NCBI GenBank assembly: GCA_964016885.1
Contig: CAXHJY010000726.1
Coordinates: 1 to 64,000, forward strand
Origin: Eledone cirrhosa
Taxonomy: Eukaryota
Direction of reading: 5' to 3'
DNA length: 64,000 nucleotides
Positions 53,857 through 64,000 of the stretch are shown in pieces. Positions within the stretch are counted from its first letter, which is position 1. The number at the start of each line of letters is the position of its first letter. The notes under the pieces were generated by a model that was not told the DNA's origin, searched no databases, and was given only the letters and a program-made list of their open reading frames with translations. Position numbers and translations under genes: made by a program.

Positions 53857-54569
53857 GTGTTTATCTATTCTCCCCCATTTATTATAATGGCTTACATTTT
53901 TTAACACGATATCTTCTTTCTTCTTCTTGGTTTTTTTCCTTCCTTTCTTTCTTCTTCTTTTTCTTTGTTTCTTTCATAACTTGTGCTATGAAGCACTACT
54001 TCTTTTCTCTGACGTCACACAAAATTGTATGTGTTTTGTAACTTAACTGCTATAAACTAATGTTCCGCCTCAAGTCTCTTCCTCCTTTGGACAGCGTTTG
54101 GCTTATGTCAGACGCTGTGACTCCAGATATCACCAGCAGTACCGTTGGTAGGGGTTGAAACTGCCCAAGTCCATCTCAATGGCCGATGACCATGAAGTTC
54201 CGTGTCCGTTTGTATGTTTATTTAAATAAAATAATTTTGTTTTGAAATGGTCATATCAACCTCTGTTTACAAATTATCTGCTATTTCAAACTATATTTTT
54301 GTAAGCAATAATCAGTACACATATCCCCTGATTGTTTCCACCTGAAGATTACTACACATTTCTCTCTGTAATACGGAATGAGTAATGACCATTACTCAAG
54401 TCCAGAAAGAGGTTATCAGTAAACACTGATTCAATAAGCATTCCACTCTACACTATATATATCGTGTACTCAAATTCTGTAAGGGTTTACACACAGACAG
54501 ACAGACAGACACACACACACACATATATATATATAGGTATAAACACTATGTGTGTATGTGTATGTGAAA

Positions 54570-54860
54570 GCTCTTGGCTTTGTGGTGAGAAGGTGCGGCT
54601 CATGGCTTCTGTACGAGCAGTGTCGTTGAGCAAGACATTTTATTTCCCATTGCACCGCTCCACTCAGCTAGCAAAGGATAGTTGTACATATAGGTCAAAG
54701 GCTTAGTCTTGGCACATTTTGTGTCACGTTCAACCCTACTGAGAATCAGTTAAACTAAACGTGTCTGTGAAATGTTCAGCCATTTGAACATTTCTTTCAC
54801 GAGTAAGCTGTTTCGTTGATAAAACAACTGCTACGGTCGTCGTTGGAACAGACGGATATC
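54570..54860 (+). mobile_element. CORE-type SINE (diverged)
   Basis: TTGAGCAAGACATTTTATTTC core. The 3' body is like 14030-14200. Confidence 0.7.
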
Positions 54861-55306
54861 CAGCATTATCATACATATAAAAATATATGGAGATCTATAC
54901 GCACATATTCAAAAATTTGATATTACAGTTGTAAGATTTCTGTGATCATTTTCTTTCTGTTTTTGTGCGTGATACAAAATACAGTTTGATGAATAGTAGG
55001 GATTTTACAACTCCGTGTTTGTATAACAAAATCAATTCATTAAATGATATTTTGATACTCTCTATGAACGAAATGTTCTTATCATGCAACCATCGCCTGT
55101 TGGCTGATATCAATTGGGAATTACTCTCTTTCCCTCTCTCTCGTCTCTCTCCCTCTCTCGTCCATTCTCTCCGTCTCTCGTCCATTCCCCCCCCCCTCTC
55201 TCTCTGTCGCGCTCTCTCTCTCCCTTTCTTTCTTTCTCTTTCTCTTCTTGAAACGCAGATTTAGTTGATGGAGAAACAACACGATATTTACACACGGTTT
55301 AAATAA

Positions 55307-55341
<35 letters not shown>

Positions 55342-55667
55342 CGTATGTTATATCTATCTGTATCTATTCTCCTCTCCCCCCCTCTCTCTCTCTGTATATA
55401 TATATATATATATATGCCTATATATGTATCTGTGTGTGGGCGAGTTTGTGTATAAGATGCCATTACTTAAATTACTAGGAGGAACATTATTCAACTCAGT
55501 ACTCGATATTTAAAGGATTGTAGAGAGTAGACATTATTTATTACATGAAAACTGGACGTTCAAGCTTAAATCGTTTTTATGGTTGAATAGCAATTAAATT
55601 CAGTTGACCAGATTTAATATGTTTCTACCACCATCTCTTTAGGGAAAAGGGATATTTATGAATTGAT

Positions 55668-55708
<41 letters not shown>

Positions 55709-55879
55709 AAGATAGAAAGTGAGAAAGAATGAAAGAAAGGACACAAAAGGGAGATGAGTTAGGCCAGCAAGTGTCTTGGAGATATAAAAGCAATCAAAAA
55801 TACATTTAAGATATGTTGATGCGAAAAAATGTCTGTTCTGTTGAATATAAATGGTCCCTAAACAGAAAACATTATTTTA

Positions 55880-56265
55880 ATCGGTAGAGGGTCGGACGCC
55901 ATGCTTTCCAGCATAGTTACGTCCCTTTATGGTCTGAGTTCAAATCCCGCCGAGGTTAACTTTGCCTTTCATCCTTACGGCGTCGATAAAATAAAGTACC
56001 AGTAATGCACTGGGTAATTGCTGGCCTTGTAGTAACAATTATTTTATTGAGGGCGGTGGATTAGCAGTATCGGTGGAGGGTCGGACGCCATGCTTTGCAG
56101 CATAGAGTTACGGCTCTTTATGATCTGAGCTCAAATCCCACCGAGGTTAACTTTGCCTTTCATCCTTATGGGGTCGATAAAATAAAGTACCAGTCACGCA
56201 CTGGGGTCGATTTAATCGACTTTCCCCTCCCCCAAATATGCCTTGTGCCTATATAAGAAACCATT
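55880..56265 (+). mobile_element. Two tandem tRNA-derived SINEs (55880-56035, 56049-56265)
   Basis: The same two subfamilies as at 52821-53243. Confidence 0.92.
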
Positions 56266-56274
56266 ATTTTATAT

Positions 56275-56690
56275 ATTTCCACTAAAAAAGAGAGAGAGAG
56301 AGAGAGAGATTTTCTAACATAGAACCAAGACACTTTCATTGGAACATAGACTAAGTAAATACATATGTATGTATATGTGTGTGTGTGTATGTGTCTGTGT
56401 GTATATGGCTGTTATTGCATGTGTGGATCTATGTTTTGAGTATATGTGTACACGTGCATCTGTGTCTGTGTCTATACATGTGTACATGGAGTTATTAAAT
56501 GTCGAATTTCTTAAATGTTTTATATATTTTTAGTTCCATTAATCGACTGTACTTGCAACTTCCTAACTAGCCGTGCTCTTTCTGGTTCTGTGAAGCCCAG
56601 CTCCTTAAAATTTGTATTGAAGCGGTTAGTAATATATACTAGAGCTCAACTGATCATAAGTACAAATCTGAAGGTATAGTCATAGTGAAG
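56275..56690 (-). mobile_element. R4/Dong LINE, short 3' fragment
   Basis: Homologous to 57462-57880 (ELGFTEPERARLVRKLQVQSINGT and the 3' UTR). Confidence 0.85.
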
Positions 56691-56786
56691 TATGTATGTA
56701 TGTATGTATGTATGTATGTATGTATGTATGTATGTATGTATGTATGTATGTATGTATGTATGTATGTATGTATGTATGTATGTATG

Positions 56787-57391
56787 TCAGGTCACCAGTT
56801 GGTGGTACTGGTAACATGTATCCCAGTACAACCTGTCTCATGGTCGGGTCGTTGGCGACTAAACTAACAACCCAACCAAGGTTCTTGGTGAGGAGGGTGA
56901 CTTTGGACATCCTGCAGGACAAAAAAAAACCTGTCAAAGACCAAAGGAGCTCTTAAGAGTCAATGGCCATCCAAAATCACCAGGAGAGATGACCCCTTAG
57001 CTTTTGTCAAGGAAGAATTCTAGGAGAAGGAAAACTCTGATATAACACCTGCAACCCTGATGGTATCCAATGATGTTGACTTGTTCTTCTTTTTGGTAAA
57101 TATCATCTTGGTTAAGAGAGCGGGATTGGCTTTGTGCAGTACCTTTGCTCACTATAAAAGCTTCACGGCACAGGCATTGCTTTATATCTGGAGATCTCTC
57201 TACACTTGTCGTCATATGGTAACATGAGCCCAGCACTATGTGTCAATAATTATCACAAGTCTAGTGTTTGTACCAGAGTTTTCAAGTCGCTGGCTGGACT
57301 AAAACGTCACACTCGTTCAGCGTATCGGTAGGGGTTCTCCTACATGGATATAAAGTAGTGGCCGTACTCGAAAACGAGTTGGCAGCCACCA
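56787..57391 (+). mobile_element. Non-autonomous RTE-derived element of about 600 bp, between (TATG)n runs
   Basis: Ends with an RTE-type C2H2 remnant (CTRVFKSLAGLKRHTR), a 3' stem-loop CTCG-AAAA-CGAG and a (TATG)n tail. An inverted copy lies at 62440-63043. Confidence 0.7.
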
Positions 57392-60300
57392 TGTATGTAT
57401 GTATGTATGTATGTATGTATGTATGTATGTATGTATGTATGTATGTATGTATGTATGTATGTTCTTCTGGTTTTATAATTTCACAAATTTTTACCAATAG
57501 AGAGAGAGTCGGTTTCTAACATAGACTCAAGACTATCTCATTGGAATTTACACAACATCAACTAGGTAGATATGTATGTATGCATGCATGTGTAGATATG
57601 GATGTTATTGTATGTGTGGATGTGATGTTTTGAGTTGTATGTGTGCATGTGTATATGCTTTGTATCTGTACATGTGTATATGCAGTTATTAGATGCAAAA
57701 TGTTTGGAATGTTTTACATATTTTTACTGTTCCATTAATGGATTGTACTTGCAATTTCCTAACTAGTTGTATTCTTTCTGTTCCTGTGAAGCCTAGCTTC
57801 TCAATATTTGTATTGAGGCAGTTACTAACATCACCCAGTGCCCCAATAATCACAGGCATAAATCTGAAGGTGTAATCAGGGTGGAGTATCTGCAGATTTC
57901 TCATCAGTTCTGCATAAATATTCTCCTTTTCACTAATCTTTGATATTATATTGGCATCTGCTGGGCAGCTAATTTCCACTATTATGCATGCTTTCTTCTC
58001 CCTGTCCTATATCATAATATCTGGTCTGTTATGCCTGCATTTTATTGGGGTTTTTACTGGGACATTCCTCTAGTACTCTTTCATATTATGTACATGGATG
58101 TCTTCCACATTGCTGTAGTTTTTAATGTGTTTATTATCGGGGCTATCTTTTTTACGGATTTCATTGTACAGTGTTTTGGCCACTACATCATGCCTCATAG
58201 GTAGATAGTACCGCGATGACATCTTTGGACAGCTGCTGATGACATGGGTGACATCTTCGATGTTAATTCTGCAGAGTCTGCACTCGTTATCACATCTAGG
58301 TGTTTTTCCTGCATCCCTATCTCTTTTGTGAATCAGGTATTTCGTGTTAATCTCCTGTTCTTGGATTGCAAAAGCGTATCCTTCACAGTGGGAGCCAATA
58401 TAGTAGTTGTGGGTCCAAGATAGACTACTTTCCTTATCTATATTACTCTCACTCTGGAGCTTACTGGCAACATATCCATGCATGATTTTATGCTGATAAG
58501 CATGCAGTATTTCATCCATGGATTCACTGCGATACTGCTGAGCGACTTCCCTGGGTGTGAGGTTTTGATTATCACACAGGGAATATCTCTCGAGGAGTTC
58601 CTTCCCAACTCTCATGACCTTATCTGTTTCATGCAGATAGGCTTGCTTGAGAGGCGGGCTCCTACGCTTCGAGGTTCGTAGATGTTGTCGGAGGGATATG
58701 ATGCGACATTCAAATGCTGTCTGGACTGATGTTAGGCCTCTGCCTCCCTGCTTACGTTTCAAGTAAAGGCGGTCTATGTCACTGTTAATGTGGAAGTTTC
58801 CGGTGTTGTTTAGTATCTTTCGAGTTCTAACATTAACTGCTCGGATTTCGTCTATCGTCCAATTGAGTATTCCAAACGTTGGTGTTAGTACAGGCACATC
58901 AAACATATTGTGAGCCACTATTTGTTTTGTGCAGAGAGTTCCGATGACCAAATCTTTCTTAATCGGGTGTAGTATTCCTTGGTTACAGATACCATTATAG
59001 GATATGTTCTCATCTATACCAGGTATCTGTAGCAGTTCTCATCAGATATCGGTGAAACAGTTAGGCCATTGATGACAATGTTGCTAGAATGGGTTGTTGT
59101 TTTCCCCCGCTTTACAGTCATATATGAGCATTTATCTTGGCCAAACTCCATTCCTATATCCTTTGAGAACGTTGTAACCAGGTCAAGATTTTTCTTCATC
59201 CCATCCATGTTTTGGCATAGAGTTTCAGATCATCCACAAACAAATTATGGGTTAGGTTCGTATATCTGTCCTCCTGTGAGCCAATGATGCATCCTTCACA
59301 TTTCTTGAGCAGAAAACACAATGGATGAATAATATCACAGAGTGACAGTCTCCCTGAAATATACCCCTGCAATATTTTATTTTATCAGTGAAAATAGAGT
59401 CCTCCCTCTCTGTCTTTAACATTAGGATAATAGCCCAAAAAGAAAACAGCTTCTCAATAGCTCTGATAATAATGTCTGAGACTTTAGCTAGTTGGAGGGC
59501 CTCTATCATCCAAGAGTGGGGAACAGAATCGAAAGCTTTCCTGTAGTCCAGCCAGACTGTAGCCATATTCCTCCTAAGTTGTCGCACCTCCGACATCGCA
59601 GTCTTGTTGATTAAGAGTTGTTCAGCTCATCCCCAAACCCCTTTCTTTCCAGTTGCTTGTTCATCTGTGATGATGTTATTATTTTCACAGTGATCTTGGA
59701 GGAATAGTTTCAGGCAGGCTGATACATCCTATACACCAGGTTCTGGCATGCAATGGGTCGGTAGTTTTTTGCCAAGTGGGTGTCTTTGTTCTTGGGGACC
59801 AGTAATGTTTGTGCTAATGTCAACCATTCTGGTATAAGTGTATCTCCCTTAAGAACTTGTTGGTAGAGGTCAGTAAGATACCTCCGATAGAATATCAGTT
59901 TTTTCTACCAGTAGCCGACAATCATGTCTCTTCCTGGTGTTTTCTTATCTTGGAGTTTTCCTATCATAGTCTCAAGGGTACCCTCACTTATTTCGGATGT
60001 TTTTGTTGTAGTGTAGGAGCAATAGTTCTTTCGAATTTCTTTTAGCCACACTGCATCTTGGTTGAAATTCTTCTTTTCACCCCATATTTTGCTCCAAAAG
60101 GAATCAATGTCTTTCTGGGATGGAGCCTCAGTGACACTTATTATTTTATTCTTCATATCTCTATAGACTGATATTTGGTTTCGTCATAATCTTTTATTAA
60201 ACACTTTTCTCTCATCTACCTTCTTCAGGTGTCGGCGTTTTTCGCTAACAGCTCTCAATTCTTGTTTGAGGGTGATCAGCGTATATTGAAGAGTTCTGGT

Positions 60301-60473
60301 TCTACTGTTACCAAACATCGTCTCTATTTTATTTTTCACTCTCTGTTGGTGAGGAGTGGGTTTTTTTTGTGTTTGTTTGCATGTAAGGAGCATTGTCACA
60401 TATCCTATGGTTTTTCGTAGGTCAGCAATCTCTTTTTCTATTTTAGTTATATATGATGGTTTTTTATTAAATA

Positions 60474-60765
60474 CTAGCAGAATGGCCCGGCGTTGCTCGG
60501 GATTTGCTCTAGGGTTCTTATATATTTGATATATATTTATCCTTATCGAGCCTCGTGAAATAAATACGTTTGTTTATATTTTGTTATTGTGTATGCAAAA
60601 ATATCTGTACACGAATATATAATTATATATATATATATATATTAAAATACTAGATTAAAGTTTAAGCAAAGAATCGCTACTTTCACCCTTAACAGGATCA
60701 TCTGAAACTAAAATAAAAAAAATCAATTTGTGAACGCAGAAGTAAATATTTCGAAAATCGTTACA

Positions 60766-60811
<46 letters not shown>

Positions 60812-61139
60812 GCACACTATATATGCATATATATACACACACACACACAGCTACGTCATGATGTCGTAATACAGACAGCCAGGCATACAGACAGATATTA
60901 TAAGGGCGCAACGTTATATATATGTATCTATCTAAAAAGAGAAAGACTAAGAGAGAGATAGAGGTATCGCTAAATCGCCTAATGCGGTCCCTAGGGCATT
61001 GAAAATTTGAAATATTTTGCTCAAAACACTCACAGGACCATAAGTATTGCATGTGTAAAGTTTGAAAACAATGGGTTGGGTGGTTCTCGAGTTTTAGTGA
61101 TCGGAGTGACAGACAGACATATATCTTTAGATATATAGA
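60474..61139 (-). mobile_element. Complete non-autonomous Helitron (666 bp)
   Basis: 5' A|TCTATATATCTAAAG; 3' hairpin CCCGAGCAACGCCGGG, then 8 nt, then CTAG|T. No TSD. Removal restores the host LINE reading frame. Confidence 0.93.
60659..60709 (-). ncRNA. Type I hammerhead-like fold (core CAGAUGA) inside the Helitron
   Basis: agttt-CAGATGA-tcct/gggt-GAAA-gta..tgCTT-aaact. Confidence 0.72.
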
Positions 61140-62426
61140 TTGTCGCTTTAATACGTTCAGCAAGAGAGATATTTATACATGAATTAATTTCTCTTTGGAA
61201 GATTTCGTTGAGGGGAATTTTCAATTGTTTATACTTTTGATTATTATCATTATCGATAGTGTTTTCCCTAGCATTCGAGGTAGACTTAGATGGTACACGT
61301 GGTGTCAAGTTTCTTACAGGCATAGTTGTTTCAAGGCGCTGTTCGACTTTGCTGCTAGGAAGTCTAGTAGCATAGCGACCTATAGCACGTGTTGTTGATC
61401 CCCTGTTTGTTGTGGGAGACTTACAGTTAATAATATTTATCTTATTTTTACGTTCAACAAACGTCGATTGATGGCATAATTGTATGTATTTTTTTTCTTT
61501 TGTGGAGCGAGAGACTCCTCGTCTTCATTAAAACATCTCTCTTGGAGAAGGTCACTCTGATATAAAAACTGTGACTTCGTTTGCATCAAATTATGAAAAC
61601 AAGTTCTTTTTGTGCAAATATAATCGCTATTCAGAGAGTAGGATTGGCAAAGCCTTTGCATGATGTTGCTAAAATATATAATACCATCGGTAGGAGACAC
61701 TGCTCTTGGGTAGATATTAGAGACTACCTCTGTTATTAAATATATGCATGTGTATCAGCGATTGGAATATTGGAACATTCCCATTAAAACTTCCGCCTGA
61801 TATCGTTGTTTGGTACAGAATTGAAACATTATGAAGTCATAGGCCCAGTTGTTCTGCTGATGCAAACATTTCACAAAATCAATTGGAAAAACAATATCTA
61901 TGGGCAACAACTTCGAAGCCTATAGATTCTCTATCGAGATTATAAGTTAATATTTATAGCTATAAGAATTAGTGCACGTGGCTTTGTTAATAAATGTCAA
62001 GGGGGTAATTGAGAATAGCTAGCATTTTTAAGCAATGGAAATGATCATGCAAATATGCACATCGTAAATATAAGTTGTAAGCGGAACAGTAAAAACATGC
62101 AATACTTTTCTAAAGTTCAGCATTTTTATTATTTAAATTCCAACAATAGAGCTTTCTTTATAATTTTTTCGTTACAGGAAGGTTTCAAATAATCAAAAAG
62201 ACAAGAAGAAAGTAACTGAATCACTGGTATTGTCTTGGTGCAAACTAAAAAGCATTGTCACCTTGTTAGGCACTCGCTTGAATTCTGCAACGACTTAAAG
62301 TAAAGAGAAATTCACATACATACATACATGATGGCTGCCCCTTCGTTATCGAGTATAGCCATTACACAATAAAAAAAAAATATATAAAATAAATAAATAA
62401 ATAAAAACATATATATATACATATAT

Positions 62427-63384
62427 ATACATACATACATGGTGGCTGCCAACTCGTTTTCAAGTACGGCCACTACTTATATCCATGTAGGAGAACCCCT
62501 ACCGATGCGCTGAACGAGTGTGAATTTTTAGTCCAGCCAGCGACTTGCAAACTCTGGTACAAATACTAGACTTGTGACAATTATTGACACATAGTGCTGG
62601 GCCCATGGTACCATGTGACGACAAGTGCAGAGAGATCTCCAGATATAAAGCAATGCCTGTGCCGTGAAGCTTTTATAGTGAGAAAAGGCACTGCACAAAG
62701 CCAGTCCCACTCTCTTAACCAAGATGATATTTTCCAAAAAGAAGAACAAGTCAACATCATTGGATACCATCAGGGTTGCAGGTGTTATATCAGAGTTTTC
62801 CTTCTAGAATTCTGCCTTGACAAAGGCTAAGGGGTCATCTCTCCCGGTGATTTTGGATGGCCATTGACTCTTAAGAGTTCCTTTGCTCTTTGACAGGTTT
62901 TGTTTTTAGTCCTGCAGGATGTCCAAAGTCACCCTCCTCACCAAGAAACCTTGGTGGGGTTGTTAGTTTAGTCGCCAACGACCCGACCATGAGACAGGTT
63001 GTACTGGGATACATGTTACCAGTAGCACCAACTGGTGACCTGACATAAATACATACATACATACATACATACATACATACATACATACATACATACATAC
63101 ATACATACATACTTCACTATGACTATACCTTCAGATTTGTACTTATGAGCAGTTGAGCTCTAGTATATATTACTAACCGCTTCAATACAAATTTTAAGGA
63201 GCTGGGCTTCACAGAACCAGAAAGAGCACGGCTAGTTAGGAAGTTGCAAGTACAGTCGATTAATGGAACTAAAAATATATAAAACATTTAAGAAATTCGA
63301 CATTTAATAACTCCATGTACACATGTATAGACACAGACACAGATGCACGTGTACACATATACTCAAAACATAGATCCACACATG

Positions 63385-63389
<5 letters not shown>
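62427..63389. repeat. Inverted counterpart of 56413-57404 (RTE-derived element, (CATA)n and Dong 3' fragment)
   Basis: Direct alignment. Mirrored ORFs 56997/62594, 56696/62871 and 56339/63269. Confidence 0.95.
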
Positions 63390-63445
<56 letters not shown>

Positions 63446-63616
63446 GTTCAAGAGTAAACCAATCTTAAAGAGAGAGATGGAGATACGAGAGGAGAAGAGA
63501 GATTGGTGAAGGTATTAGAAGCCAAAAGCGTAAAGGCATGTGCTCAATGTGCAATATGCAGTGGGAAGCAGCTAGAGAACTGGGTTCATGCGGAGGTTAG
63601 GTGCACAGAGCTGGAA

Positions 63617-63922
63617 ATATTCATTAGTTAAGCAAATCAAGACCACAAATTCACATGGAAGACGTTAGTTAAAGAGTGTCAACATAGTTGCATTTTAATG
63701 TAAGGAATAAAGAGTGTCAACATTAATTGCAGTTTAATGTAAGGAATAATAATGTTGGACATTACTATTCCTTACTATTCCGGATATTATTATTCCTTAC
63801 ATTTAACTGCAATTAATGTTGACACTCTTTATTCCTTACATTAAAATGCAACTATGTTGACACTCTTTAACTAACGTCTTCCATGTGAATTTGTGGTCTT
63901 GATTTGCTTAACTAATGAATAT
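63617..63922. repeat. 137-bp foldback (63617-63753/63786-63922), each arm with an internal tandem duplication of about 38 bp
   Basis: About one mismatch between arms. The right arm ends at (TA)n. Confidence 0.95.
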
Positions 63923-64000
63923 ATATATATATATATTGAAGTACTGTTCTGTTATATTTTGTAATATTTTGTGATATTTTGGTAATATTTTTGCCAATGT

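Larger units (their letters stand above)
57462..61430 (-). mobile_element. R4/Dong-clade non-LTR retrotransposon (RT, CCHC, restriction-like endonuclease), defective, interrupted by a Helitron
   Basis: KTPGRD, WLDYRKAFDSVPHSW, RGIFQGD, MEFGQDKC, RLYLKRKQGGRGL, CRLC..EDVTHVISSC..RHD, RPDI..EISCP..KE..Y. The 5' limit is approximate. Confidence 0.93.

Noticed and set aside
56413-63389. Autonomous composite DNA transposon with 1-kb TIRs
   Set aside because: There is no transposase or TSD, and the arms are mosaics of retroelement pieces of unequal age.

Overview
AT-rich, repeat-dense eukaryotic non-coding DNA, most likely an octopus or other coleoid cephalopod. This is inferred from the abundant tRNA-derived SINEs and the heavy microsatellite load. 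No intact host gene is recognisable, and most ORFs in the track are microsatellite or SINE artefacts. The window holds a near full-length Tx1/L1-type LINE sitting in a (TATC)n repeat (15.2-20.7 kb) and an R4/Dong-type LINE (57.5-61.4 kb, minus strand) whose ORF is split by a complete non-autonomous Helitron. It also holds two Penelope-like (Naiad-type GIY-YIG) elements, a decayed Helitron RepHel gene, RTE and CRE fragments, a hAT MITE with an 8-bp TSD, a Tc/pogo MITE and more than 20 SINEs. Two patterns stand out. First, about ten type-I hammerhead ribozyme folds from several unrelated repeat families carry different catalytic-core variants (canonical, U4C, U4A, A6G, U3-A8). Second, there are about a dozen inverted duplications with arms of 20 bp to 1 kb, most ending at a (TA)n run. 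All alignments, folds and mismatch counts were done by eye and need computational confirmation.
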